From: Octopus vulgaris
Lineage: Eukaryota
Assembly (NCBI GenBank): GCA_951406725.2
Contig: OX597832.1
Location: 2,976,001-3,040,000 of the forward strand
Reading direction: 5' to 3'
Length of the DNA stretch: 64,000 bases
Shown here in pieces: positions 25,801 to 40,700 of this stretch; position 1 is the stretch's first letter; the number at the start of each line of letters is the position of its first letter. Under the pieces are notes generated by a model. The model worked only from the letters and a program-made list of their open reading frames with translations. It did no database searches and had not been told where the DNA came from. A program made the position numbers and the translations under genes.

Positions 25801-28800
25801 TGATTTGGCAGTTTCTACAGCTGGATGCCCTTCCTAATGCCAACCACTCCGAGAGTGTAGTGGGTGCTTTTTACGTGCCACCGGCAAGTAATGAGACAGT
25901 CCACCTTTAGTCACTTGAGTGGTGGTCGGAATCCTTTTACAACATTTCTCCTTTTTAGAATTAGTTTCCCCTCACCTCTCCCCTTTTGAGAATTGAACTC
26001 CGCTCAGAGTTTTAACACTTAGAGTTCAGTTCCAGTGTTTCCGTTCTTTTCTGTTTTCTGGTGCTAGAATGTGTAGTTTCAAATTGTTTGGGTGTTGATA
26101 CCTCAAAAATGTCATACAATATTTCCATGGAGATTTCTTTCTTAAAAGTAGTCATACATTTTCCTTGTCAGACTAACTTTTACATTCTTTTCGATGGCGT
26201 TCCCTACACTTTCCCAGTATTGAAAGCTGTGGTTTTAGTCCATCGTACAGTAACAAATTTAACTTCTTCACCTTTAACTGTCCTCAATAGTGACAGTGGG
26301 GTCACATTGTCTTCCACAGTTAAAGTTTTGCAGGTTAATACATATAGAAAAAATAGGGAAAAAAACAACTTTTACACTCTTCTTTGGAGATTTCTTCTAA
26401 TCTATGAAAATATACACAATATGGAGTATAGCTGAATTCTTCAATTGAGTTTGCTATGCTGTCTGGTGAGTACAAACTTGAAGTATTTTCAGACTTCTTC
26501 AACATTAATTCCAACAACTGTTGGTTTTGTTGTTGCTGCTGCTACTGTTGCAACTGCACCTTGGAGGCCAATAAGTTCTCTGTGCTAAATGATTTTTTCT
26601 TTGGTTTCATATCAAGAAAAAAAAAATTTTAATGTTCAGCGCAAGCTCCAAACAACTTGTCATCACTTTTATATCCTTGTATTGGATATATAATATATAG
26701 AAGCAGTGAGGAAAGAAAGTATCTACATAATGCACTACTATAAATATTACACAAGACTCAACGCTCTCAGTCACTTCTATCTGTGAACTGTTTACAAACC
26801 CGAACTGTCAATTGCTCACAGCTCTTTAATTTATAACAATGAGGCAGTCTGCTTTTAGTCACTTGACGGGTGGTCAGAATCCTTCCACAACAATATTTCA
26901 GTTCATTCTGGCAGACCCATGTTTGAGAGATAACTTCCAGTCAAATGTGTAACTTGTTTTCACTGGGCCCAAGATTATGCTGTAACACAGTGGTTCCCAA
27001 ACTATGAGTCGCGACCCACAGATGGGTCACAAACGGAATCTTAGTGGGTCGCAAAAAGTTATAAAATTATGCATTATCTTTGATTAACTGCTGTCTATCG
27101 AGATAGTTCAAGACTTATGTTTTCAATACCAGACTTGTTGTTTTATCAAGCAGTAGGCTTTTTCACGAACTTAACAAATCAGAGGTTGTCATTTTCTCAA
27201 ATTATTTATTCGTACGTAATCGTAAAAAGGGAAGGTCTATTTTTACCTATTTATAGAGAACTTTAACTAGGCGAAGTATAACACTGATCGAGCCGATAAC
27301 AGTTGCTACTTCAAGGTTTTGTATTAGTGTTAGTATTTACTGATAGGGTATAGAGACGTTGAAACAGTTATAAAACGTTTTGTTTCACATTTAAATAGCA
27401 AAAAATTTAAATAAATAAGACATTATGGATTTCACTAGTAAGTTTATAAATTATTGAAAAAGTATATGAGTGATCACCAGGAGGCTATCAATTAGCCAAT
27501 GAAATGATTGGAATAGACAGCAGCTAGACAGTTGATAGATCAATAGAATCTATCAGATAAACAGTTTAAATAGCATCACATTGATTGAAATGACGTTTAT
27601 CATTAATTGTAAAAGTTTGCATGATCCCAAACGTTGTATTTTAATTCTGTCAAATCTCTCGGTAAGTCGAAATTATCTGTCCTTCTAAATTCGATATTTT
27701 CGTATTTACTCAGTCCTTCATGTTATGGATAAATGGTTAAAAAAGTCAGTTGAAGCTGATGACGATGAGTCTTCAGTGAATCGAAACAAAGAAAAAAAAA
27801 AACTGTTTCACTTTGAAACTGGATTCAATCACAATGATCCAATCACAATCTTGACAATGACTTGAAATTGATCAATTAAAAAGACCCATCCTATACATTG
27901 AAATTTTAATTCCAGCCAGAAAAAAAGTATGACCTCGCTGGTGCTGGTACCACATAGAAGACACCCATTGTAAAATGATTGGCATTAGGAAGGTCATACA
28001 GCTGTAGAAACTTGCCTAAGCTAATGGTAGAGCTTGGCACAGCCTTCTGGCTTACCACCTCCCATCAAACCATCTACCCCATGCCAGCATGGGAAGTGGA
28101 ACTTTGATGATGATGAGAAAAAACTGTTCATTGACAAAGTGATGTGTAAAAACTTGATGTGTCTCCAGCAATATATGCCAGCCAAAATGTATTTCAAAAT
28201 TTGTGAGGTGAACATTGGATAATGCTTAGTTTTCATTGTTATATGGAGAAGAAAAACAGTGATGCAAGTAAGCACACCCTATGGTATGATATAGTTTAGG
28301 AATTTTCGCTTCTTTACCATAACCAAGCCCATATATTTTTTAACTGTTTTTTCAGTTTGGTTAAGCCTGCAGCAGATTTAGAAACTATGGCAGTTTGAAT
28401 GTGTACCACAGTCTTTCCAAATAACCAAAGGACTTATTGGATATCAAAAATGAAAAATCTTAACAAAGAAATAGTATAATCCAATGGTAGAAAAGAAATT
28501 TGCTAGTGATTACATACAAAGACAAGAGGCAAATTAATTTTTTTTTATCTGCTTTGCAATTACATGTACAGGAATAAGGAGCTTATTAATAAGAGTCAAC
28601 TCATAGTTTGGCAAAGTTTACTATTTCTAACTACATAATCCATGGAATCAAATATCCATTTGTCTATACTAGCAGAAAGACCACACTCTGAGCAATTTTC
28701 TGCTAGCCACTTGATAATATTTCCACATTTGATTCCCAATTCTAATAATTTTTATGATATTTTACGTCTAATTATTTCTTTGTATAATAGTGCTCACTTG

Positions 28801-30649
28801 CTTAATATTTTATCACATTTTTTTATCACAGTAATAATCTCTCTTTTTAAAGCAAGCATCAAGGTAGCCCAACTATATGTTTAGTGTGTAAAAAAATAGC
28901 AGTGATCACATAGGGATATTTTAATACCTATAGCGTATCAAATAGCCATAGCAACAAATTCACTTGATAATTCTTAGATAATGATGGAAAGGGAATAAGT
29001 CGCATGAGTTCGAAGCTTCAGTAAGTTTTAATAAGTTGTACAATATATTTTTTCCAGTGTGTATAAATAATAAATTGAGGGCATTCACACAGCAAATTTA
29101 AGTCAACAAAATACCTGATTTCCTCATGTGAAATAATGAAATAAAACCTGAAATGAAAGAATCACATTATTATTAATGAAAACAATTAGAGGCAGGAGAG
29201 AGAGAGAGAGAGTAAGAGACTGTGTTGCAAATGAAAATGAAAAATTTCGCCAGAACATATTAATATTGTTTATCAAATGTTAAAACCTACTCTGCAGTGA
29301 ATGTAAAGCTTGGCAACAAATATTTAAATTTGTAATATTAAAATAACAGACGCTTCGAAACTGCCTTTTTATCAATATATATTAACAGAAGAATTTATAA
29401 AAATTTTCCAGAGAGTCAAACCTATAAAAGCTTGTTAAAAACTCTCCTGTACAGAATATTTGAATTTGTGAAGTTGAAGTATTCAAAATAAAAGGAAGTT
29501 CAGAAAGTAAATTTTCCTGGAAACTTCAATTTATAAAAAATTTCACTTGCTTAGTAAATATTTCTTTCAGTAATTTATAGTAGTTGTAATATATCTCTAA
29601 TTTAAACAACCCAAATACGTTTAGCGTGCTAGAAATAGCAGTGATCACATAGTTATTATTGTAAGGCTTATAGAGTTCCAAACAGCTATTGCAACAAAAT
29701 CACTTAATTTTTTTTTTTTTTTTTTATTATAACGGTATATTAAAAAATATTCATTTAACAAACTCCAGTAACTGATATTATTCTTGAAATTGTGCTTCAT
29801 ATCATAAGCTTCAAAGTTATACAGCTATTTTGTCTTATAGCATTCATTCAATAAATAATTTTTTTACGTTACATATATAGGATAAACTGTGGGTATTGCA
29901 AATAGTGAATTAAAACTTGAAATGAATATATATTAAATTATCATTAATAAAAATAGAGGCGAGAGAGAGAGTGAGAGACTGTTGGAAAATGAATAATATA
30001 GTTTATTAAACATTAAAATCTACTCTGCAGTGAATGAAGCAAATATGTAAATTTGTGAAAAACTTGTAGTTCAAATATTTAATAATCTTCAGAAATTGAA
30101 ATTACAGGAAATTTCTTGGAACGTGAATTTATAAAATTTCCAAATGGTTAAGCCTTTAATAATTGCTTTCTTTTAGTAACTGTTACATTCCTAATTAATG
30201 AGCGGCTTTCTCCATTATAATATAGATATGAAGAACATTACTACATATAAACAAAGATTATATGCTAGAAGTCAACAAGCAAAGTTCCATCCCAACAGTT
30301 AGACTTAACTCTGCAGCCAGGAAAAACATAGTTCTTAATGGATGGTAGCATTCAAAATGATAAAAATGTTGTCCTGCTGCTAACCAGAACAGATTGTTTA
30401 TTAAAAAAGTAATGGTGTAGTTAAAAAAAAAAAGCCTGGATATGTAATTAGCTGTAGGGATAATGAGCTATATGACTGATAGACAAGTGGTGGTGATATC
30501 TGATTTACTGTATAATAAGAATAGTATTGTGTAAGCTTTTTTTTTCTTTTTCAATATACCAATTTGCAAAGTGATACAACCATCTGCAGTTTCAAGCAGA
30601 AGTTGCTAAGCAGTTGAGGATGACTATTCATGATGTCCGTCTGTTTGTA

Positions 30650-30714
<65 letters not shown>

Positions 30715-33700
30715 TCATCATCATCATCATTTAAAGTCCATCTTCCATGCTGGCAAGGGTTGGATTGTTTGACAGGAACTGGTAAACTGGGAATTGCGCC
30801 AAGCTCCACTGTCTGCTTTGACATGGTTTTTACAGCTGGATGCCCTTCCTAATGTCAACTACTTTACAGAGTGGACTGGATGCTTTTTATGTGGCACCAG
30901 CATTGGTGAGGTCTTGTAAGATAAAGATCCCTTAACTGAGAGGGAGTGTGGTGTTGAAGATGGTGGTTTTATGCCAGGTGATGTGAGTTAAACCATTATA
31001 GAAAGACAGAAACAGGTGTCTTGCTGTAGAATGGTTATTCCAGTTTGAGAGAAAGAAATGTGCCAGGGCATACTCTCAAGGTACAAGGATGTGAATATAA
31101 ATGGAATGGTAGAGAATTGTTCAGGTATGTGAATAGGGAGTTCATGAAGGTGCAAATATATTTAGATATATATAAAACTATAGGGAGGATGAAGAAAGCT
31201 ATCAGCAGAAATTCTGAATTCAGGCTCCTCTGTAAGTAGAAGAAAATTGATATGCAAAAGTCTTCCAGCCTGCAGCTGCTGTGTGCTTGACAGGATTGGG
31301 GAAAATCTTCAGAGGCTTGATGAGGATGTAGTGGGGTTGGCACTAGTGGACCCAGTCAGCTCTATGCATGATAACATTAACTGTGACCACTAACTTGGAA
31401 TGACCCCAGCCCCATCAAGCAAGAACATTAAGACAGAAGCCAAGCTAAAAGTCTATGCTGAAAACGCTAACATAAAAAAAAAAAGAAAGAAGAATCACTG
31501 GAAAATTAATTAAATTAATTTTCTGGTTTTCATTGCACAGAAGCTGGCAGAGATAGGATAAGGCTTTTTGAGGACAATTTTACAGCTGGGTATCCTTCCT
31601 AATGCCAACTTATGTCCCTGAAATTTTAAATTTATTTGTAAAATGTGTGACAAATTACTTTATTAATGAATTAAATTCAACTTACTTTGAAAGTCAACAA
31701 ACAAAGTTTGCTTTAGAAGCTTTGAGATGTATTGAAAGATAAGGAGATTTTTCTGCAAAATATGGGTAGTTTATCCCGTTCATGCTATATTATTAGCATT
31801 ATCCTGCATTTGAGAATAAAATTATTTCCTTATCTGTATCTTTTATTAGTGAATGTTTTCATCCTCATTATGTATGCAAATCCAAATTATTTCATTGTGG
31901 TTTTCTTCAATTTAATTGGTATTTTACTTTGGTGGTGCACATGCTTTTTTTTTTACGCAACTTCACTTGCAGTTCTAGTAAAGTACACACTTATACTACA
32001 CTAATTCTATTATATATTCCAGTTGTAAACTAGCTAAAATCTCTATATTGTAATATCATCATCATCATCATCGTTTAGCGTCCGTTTTCCATGCTAGCAT
32101 GGGTTGGACGGTTCAACTGGGGTCTGTGAAGCCCCAGTTGAACCGTCCAACCCATGCTAGCAATATCTAAACAATATCTAAACAAAAAATAAGTGGTAAG
32201 AAGCTTACTTCCTAACCACATAGTTCTGAGTTCAATTTCACTGCATAGCACCTTGGGCAAGTGTCTTCTGCTATAACCACAAGCCAATCAAAGCTTATGA
32301 ATGGATTTGGTTGACAGGAACTGAAAGACGCCTGTCATATATACATATGTATATATGTGTGTGTTATTGTCCCCCACTACTGCTTGACAACTGGTGTTGG
32401 TGTGTTTATATCCCAGTAACTTAGCAATTCAGCAAAAGAGACTGATAGAATAAGTACTAGGGTTGATCCATTCACCTAAAAATTTTTGAAGGCAGTGCCC
32501 CAGCATGGCCATAGTCTAATGACTGAAACAAGTAAATGATAAAACAGACTTACTTGTAATTATTGTAATTTTATGACTAAACATCAGCTACAGTTTTATT
32601 TAAAAACTTTAGTATTCCAAACACCACACTCATACACCAATAAAGAAGTAGTTATTTTACAAAATCTACAGTATTTAACATGTTAACTGCTACATGTACC
32701 ACCAGTGGTTCATTGCAAACTTCACATAAACTTCACATATGCACCTCTGGTGGTACATTTTCATTGTGTATCTTTGACATGGTTTTGAGGATATTTAAAT
32801 AACATGAGTGCTAAACATTAAAATTATGAAATATAGTAAAAATGTAAAAATATTAAATTTATTTGTGATTAAAGAGTATACAGTGTGACCAAAAATACAT
32901 GGTGTCATTGGTAAGTTTCAGTAACAGGCTGTAACGGTTAACATATTAATTGAAATACATAAGGGTGTAATATGAAAGGACTCAACAGAATTGAGTACTC
33001 ACTAATAGAAAAAGTAATGGTTTGAGAGTAACAGAACAGTTAATGCTGCGCACAACCTATGAAACATCATTGACAAGGACAATGAATGTACAACCAGACC
33101 TGTACTAAGTTTCATTGATTATAAAAGCTTTTGATACAGTGAGCTATGGAAATTCTACAGTGTAAGCCAGCATATTTGAATATCTGCTGTCCTGTCTGCT
33201 GATGTATGTATCTGTCTATTCTCATAATACTGATAAGCATTTAACCCTTTATACTATTAGGATTATTCTGTCAAATGTAATGCTGTTTTTAATTAATCAT
33301 GTATTATCTTGTAGCTTTGAAATTTCAATGATGTGATTGTGTATTTTTAGAATGACATTGAAAGATAGGTCTGGCTGATTTGAATGTAAAACAGGTAGCA
33401 TATTTGGGTTCAATATGGCTGGTTTAAATGCTGGAGGGTTAAGCCTAAAAAAAATTAACAAGAAGAAAAATGGTGATGCCCCAGGATGGATGCAACCTTT
33501 GGTCTGGAACACATAAAAAATAAAAATGTAACATCCACAGCTATTTGCTAAGCAAAGTTATTTTACTTTAATTTAACCATCCATTGATATATTTAGAATC
33601 AAATACTTGATGCTTTATACAACATAAGTCAACTAAGTGGTTTGCTTTTTAAGTTTAAGTATTAGTGAACAATCAAGCAGTGTGTGGAATGACTAGGAAA

Positions 33701-36700
33701 TTACATAGATAAGAATGCATCCAATTTTAATATTAGTTTCTATGAAGTTCATAGTTTACAACTACTCAGTTGTGTGTCTTGTGTGGATTTTCTGAAGAGA
33801 TAAAAAGAGCATTCAGTTCTGTCATATCCATAAAAGTTGACTAACTTAGGAATGCTGGGATTTGCTTCAAAGCAGTATTATGAATATTAATAATGCATTT
33901 AACAACTACGCCATATGCCTGTGGGCATATGGCGTAGTGGTTAAGAGCGCAGGTTACTAACCCCAAGATTCCTAGTTCGATTCCAGGCAGTGACCTTAAT
34001 AATAATAATAACAACATCAAAAAATACCTTAGGAATGAGAACCCAGGTTCAAAATTTCCCCAAGAAAACCTGATGAAGACTGGAAGTTGTATCAGCCGAA
34101 ATGTGTTAACAATAAACAAGATGAGGACAAATATCTGTCAAATATAAATAATGTACATAATTCCACATCTCTTAAATATAGAACTGTAAATATTTTCATA
34201 TTGAAATTAATTTTCCAGCTTGAAGAAAACCAAGAAGAGATAAGAAACATGCTGACTTATATATTCAAGGGTGTATTTGTACATAGATACAGGTATGTCA
34301 AATTCTTTTCAGCTTGCATTTGAAATTTCTAATCAGCATTGATTTGATGGTTGTGTGTGTGATGAGATTTTTTTTTTTTGTTTTGTTTTTTTTTGCAGCT
34401 TTTGAGAAGGAATGTATGGTTCTTCAACTAAGCTAGTGTATGAGCATTGTGCAATATAACTGTTTTCTTTTATGTTTATTTCGTTTTAATTAAAAAAACA
34501 ACTTTTTTTTAGTTCTTCTAGTTATCAGGCACAGAATTCAAGACTGTGTTGCACATATCAATCATTTCTGAACACATATATATACAGGGTGCAGTGAATA
34601 AACCTTAGTCTAAATTGCACAAAAATGAAAGTAACACTGACATCTTATTTTAACAGATATATTTACCAAAATTACATAAAAATATCTTGAAATACTAAAC
34701 AGTAAATTTATTCAATGATGCTGCCATAATTCTTGCCTTCAGTTCATCTTTGGTGTTGCAAAGGAATTTTGTTGGTCTCTTGCTCAACTGCACCCTGCAC
34801 ATAATAATGGAGTTGCAGTCTGGCGAGTTTGGTGGCCAGATGTTAGAGTAACATGGTCACAGAAATTGTCTGACAGTGATGACTAAATTCTCCTGCTTGT
34901 GTGGCATGGTGCAGAGTCATTTTTCCACACATAGTCTTTCAGCAGCCACCCTCCTGATCCAGGGCAGGCACTTGATGTAGGCCTCTGTGTTGAGTCTGAA
35001 GCCATGTGGGAAGATGAATGGAAGCATAACATCGCCATCACTAGTGATCACGCCAAACACTATGAGGTTGACTGACTGCTTGATTTTTATCACTCTCGGT
35101 ACATGTCCTCAGATTGACACCAAACACTCTGAAATGTTCGTATTGGAGCTTGAGACGTGAATGCCAAGCAGTACAGCATGTTGTTTATACTGTGTAATTG
35201 ACAAAAGCAAAAGCAAACAATGCGTGTGTGTGAAATTAAAGATATAAAATGGTGACACCCTGTATCTCTCTCTCTTACATGGTTTCGGGTTCAGTCCCAC
35301 TGCGTGGCACTTTGGGTAGGTGTCTTCCACTATAGCCTCAAGCTGACCGGAGCTTTGTGATTGAATTCGGTAGGTGGAAGTTACTGCCGTGTGTGTATGT
35401 GTGCGTATAGCTGCTCAGTGCCTCTCTGAAAGAGAGAGAGGGGTGTGTGTGTGTACACAAACTTATAAACACCTTCTGTCATGAAGACAGCATCTGCTAC
35501 TCTCTGTTAGCCTTAGTCTCAACAAAAGTATCCAGTGATAATTTAGATGACACAGTGTAAAAGAGTCACTTTAACTTAAGCAAGCAGCACCAGAAATAAA
35601 TTGCTGCTTGAGAAGAATTAGGAACACTCGTGTCAGGAGCTGTGAAAAGTCATTCACTAAATAGTCCTTGGTATTTTATCTAGCTGTCAATTAAATATAA
35701 GACTGGCTACACCTATTATTACTATTCTGTGAGAATTATGAGCAACATAAAACACAATAGTTCATCATACCAAATTATACATATATTAAAATGCTGTTTA
35801 ACCCTTTCGTTACCAAACCGCCCGAAAAAAATTTTGGTTAATGTGACCAAACTGCCCAAAGCTGCCCGAATTTACCTATTCATATTTAAATGAGAATATC
35901 AGAGCAAATCTCTTTAGTACATTCGTGAAAACAGGTATTATACTTCGTAAAGAGTTCAACTACAGTTTTGTACAAAAATCGAAGTGTAATTTTAATTCCG
36001 TGAATTTTGGGAGATTTTTTTCCGAAATTTGTTCCTATTGTGTTTTCAAAATTTGTAATTCTGACAAAAAATGGATACGAATTTCATTATATCAAGCAGC
36101 GAGTCAGAATTCGAAGGATTTTCTACTGAAGACCTTCATAAATCTAACTCTATGACTGAAAAAAAAAAGCATGTGGTATTTGATAATGAATCTGATGTTT
36201 CATTTTCCGAAAGTGAAAACAGTGAATCCGAGAGCTCCGACAGCGATAAAGAAAATGAATTGGCACCTGAATGGAGTGAAAATTTAAAAACTGTTTCTTT
36301 CGGTGATTTTTCTGAAGAAACTGGACCAAGCCACAGACTTTCCCAGAAGAGTAAAGCCTTAGACTATTTCTTTTTACTTTTTCGAATGAGCCTATTTGAA
36401 ATCATTACGGCGGAAACGAACCGTTACGCTAAATGTAAACAAAACGAAAGAAAGGATAGTTAGTGGTTTCCCATAACCTTAAATGAAATTAAGACTATTT
36501 TGCCATAAATATTATTATGGGTATCAGAAAGTTACCCAGAATAACAAATTCTATCGTAAAATTTTGTTGTATACCCAATTGAATATTAGCTAATAACCCA
36601 TTTTCTATAGCGATGTTTGAACAAAATTTTAATAATTTTATATTTCGTTGAATTTACCTGTTTCTACCTGCAATTAGAGTCACTTTGTGACAAAAATTAT

Positions 36701-37664
36701 AGTATAGAATTGGTTGAGAACATTTCATTAAATTATCTTCCAAAATTCACGTTAATATATTGATAAATAAAAAAGTTATAGTTGTTTAATGAAACCAGAC
36801 TAAATTTATGATTATGTTAGAAATTAATTGAAACACATAAGGGGTGTATTTTGGTCAGAAATATAGTAACGAAAGGGTTAACTGAATTTCTATTGAGATT
36901 AATTACATTCAAGAGCTACCTGAATGATGTTCATAATGTTTGTAATGTTGACACTAATACCAGTGAGGTCACCAAGTAACTTGCAAGACAAAACCCCTCA
37001 ACTCAGCAAATGTAGCAGAGAGACAAGAGCAAGTGTCTTGCTGAAGAGGTGGATACATGGCTTGCTCATTTTGAGAGACAGGTGTGAGATTAAAGTGTAA
37101 AGTGAATATGAAAGAACAGGATAGAAAAACAGAAAAGGTGGGTGGGTAAGTGTGCTAAAGTGAGAATATGTGAGTGTGCACACTCTTGTCTTGACATCAC
37201 TGATGGTTGTAAACAAGCATCACTGTCATGCAAGCAGTGTTGTTTGTTTCCTGACTTCCATGAAAAACATGTCTGGCTAGCCATAGGGGAATATTATCTT
37301 GGTTGGAAACAGTTCAGTATTGGTGACAGGAAGGGCATCCTGCTATAGAAAATCTGCCTTAACAAATTCCATGTGACCCATGTAAGTATGGAAAAATGGA
37401 AATTAAATGATGATACACACACACATATATGAAGGGGTGCTGAAAAGCTCCTGGCTTTGGGTAAAAGAAAATACAGGTGGATCAGTTAATTATGATTTTA
37501 CTCAACATGCTCCCGTCTAAGATTCACATACTTATTGCAGCAATCCTTCAGTTTTTCTAAGCCTTGTAAAAGAACTCAGAAGGTTGGGCCTCCAACCAGG
37601 CCTTTCGTGATACCCTTAAAGTCAGGAACTTTCCATCACCCCTTGTACACACATATAAATACTT

Positions 37665-37705
<41 letters not shown>

Positions 37706-40700
37706 GAGAGAGAGATAGTCAACAGGTGAGATCCATGCTCAATATGTATATTTTATATATCTAGCCTAAGTGGTTTCATTTGTTTATTTGCATCATCTTT
37801 CTTTTTTCTTTATGTGTATACACACACCAATACACACACACACACACACATATACATCATCATACCTCCACTTCTAATGGGTTTTCATGGTCCAGGCATT
37901 CTCTCATTGTGAGCTATAGCTCTCAAAGACTGATGCTTGTATATGTCATTTGGGTTGGTTTCTTTGGCTGGAACCGCTTCCTAATATCAGCCACTGGGTG
38001 CAGTCTCTTCTGCACAAACATTAGAGAGTTTAAATAGTTCTTGGTGAAGCAGATCTAGAGACAGTTCAGAACCTTAAATTTTTTTTGCTCATTTAACCAA
38101 CCACTTTCCAGTGTAAACTGTTGCTTGTGGTGGGTGTTGGTGATGGGCTATGGACACAGGAAATGTAAATTTGGAATGGGAACATTGCTGACAGAAAGGC
38201 CAGAGATAGATGTTACAGAAGAGGGGAGAGCAGGGTGAATGTAGGTTTAGAGAATACACAATAGATTTGGGAGTGTACGTTTTCACAAATAATTGTGGAG
38301 ATGCATCTAAGAGAAAGAAAGAACAATATGAGAAGGTGGGAGGTTGGAAAGAACAAGGGTGCGATGAAAGAATGCAGAGATAGGTGACTGTAGAAAGGGG
38401 AGTGATGGAAGACTGAAAATGAATAACATTGCCTGTGTAGTGACAATATTCAGCAATCAACTGCTGTTGTGATTTGTAGGAATTTTGCTCACATGATCAA
38501 CAAATCTGACCAATTTCAACTTTTCCTGGCCAGTCGCAACTTCATGTGAAATAGGCACCAGCAACCATATTGACTTTTGACACCTTCCTTTCTGAGCTTC
38601 TCAATCAGCATAAAATGACACATGTGACTATGAACCAGTGAGTTTTCTGATGTAGCAGAGACAATATGGCAGACGACATAGAGAACATGGCAATAGAAGT
38701 GGTTCAGAAGAGAGAGCTTGCTGGTTAGAGTATAGCACAGTGAAAGTTAAAATGTATTTAGTAGGTCTGTTGAAAAGTGGACAAAATGATAAAGATGGTA
38801 CGATTAGCATAGGTGGTGGGGTAAATGAGAGATATAGTGCTATGAGTGATAAGAAGGTAGGTGAGAAGGGGCTTCAGTATTAGGTAGATGCCAGGGTGTG
38901 GCTCAAGATGTATGGTGAAGTGGCAGCAAATGTAAACCTGGCAGGGTACAAACATTACATCCTCTTAACACTACCCTTGAGTTAGGGTATGTGTTGCCAT
39001 GTGTGGACAGAGTTTTCTGCAGGACTGCATATTACTGATCAGTACAGTTTTTTTTTTCACATTTCCTCCATGAGATGCAGCTTTCACTACTTCATTCTGT
39101 GTTTTTCTTGGCCTCCCTCTTCTTTCATCTTCTTTGCTCTTCTCCACATCACTTACTCCAACTCAAGAACACAGTATGTCTTCTGTTGGAGTTTTGTGGC
39201 TACAGTCTTGGACTAGCTGCACAGTTTACTAGCCTGTATAGAAAATATTTTACAAGGCACCGTTCACATGGATCACCATTGGTTCACAGTAAGTTCAACT
39301 GTTCTTTGACAGGTCTTGTTTTTAGTACTGCAGATTGTCCGCAATGTCCTTCTCGGGATTTCCCTGACCCAACCTGGCTTTCTTCCATAGATTCCACTAA
39401 CTTGGAATGCTCCCCATTTTCTTATGCAGCAATTATCCTCCATGCACATTATATTCCCATGTAGCCTTCTCTGTTGTACACACTTCCTGATTCATCTTAT
39501 ACTCAGTTTTTTTGTCTGCTCATTTGTACTCAGGTATATTGTTTTTCTAGTGTTAGTTGTGCTACTTCCAAGTTGCAGAGATTACTGGAATGCATGTTTA
39601 GTTCTGAGTCAGAAGATCAATGCACAAAAATCAATATCTTATAAATATATGGGAAAAAATGATAACAGCTAACCCACATTCACAATGTATAAACCAGCAA
39701 TCATTATATTGTATCAGCAAGTGCCATCCAAATTCATGGAACAGCTATATATATTTTTATAATGTTTATATTGGGCTGTATTTCATTGAAACCTCTAGTT
39801 TGTAGCAGGAATGGAAGATTTATGTACAGAAAGTACTAAGAGCCAGCCACCTAATCACCTATCAATTTAGTAGGTACACAACCCCGATTGATAACATTCA
39901 CACGAGAAAATATATAGACAGTTGGTTGTCAATATGAAGAATTCATAACCTCAACATTGGCTAGTTGTTAGTGACTTCAGACTTACAGCTAGAATGAAGT
40001 CAGAGACACATACCAGTCTGGTAAAGGAAGATATGGAGCTTGAAGATCCAATGAACAGTGAGAAATTTACAGGAGTTCAAGCTGAAGCATTTGACAGAAA
40101 GTTGGAGGAGATAGAGATGTATAACATTGAGGACAACTGGAATTTTCTATAGGACAACCTACTGTAAGTTACAAACCAAATCTGGCTGGTGCAAAATCCT
40201 GGCTAGACTGAGAGTGATGTGATGGTGAAACAATGAGGTAGACAGAGCCATAAAAGCAAAAAGACAGGTTTGGGGAGATTGAGAAAATGGAAACGGTAAA
40301 ACATTATACACAGCATAATAGAGAAGTTAGGTGACAGGTTTTATATGGCAAAAGGAGAAGTAGAAAGAGGTTTGCCAATGTTCTATATTGGTAAACTTGA
40401 ACTTAGTGATGCTGAAAAGGAAGATGTAACTATGAAAGACTATTAGATGTTGAGAATGCATGGAAGAAGGAGGATCTTCCCAAAATGGATTTGACAGAGA
40501 CTAGCTAACCTAATTGACAGCAGTATGATAGATGAAACAGTGAAGATACAAAGGCAAAGAAAACACCTGATCCATCTGGAATCACTGATGAGATGCTTGA
40601 AATACCCAGGCATTTATATAGTTAATCAGATTGTATAAGAAAGTGTCATACCCAGCTACTGAAGTAGCAGTGTTACAAGAGTAAAAGAGATGCCTTAGAG

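Noticed and set aside
33923-33995. Possible tRNA gene
   Set aside because: A and B boxes are present, but acceptor and anticodon stems pair poorly and the sequence continues into a repeat body; treated as a SINE-like head.
36071-36463. Domesticated PGBD4-like gene
   Set aside because: The ORF stops before the catalytic domain and lies within a TIR/TTAA-bounded deleted element with sibling copies.
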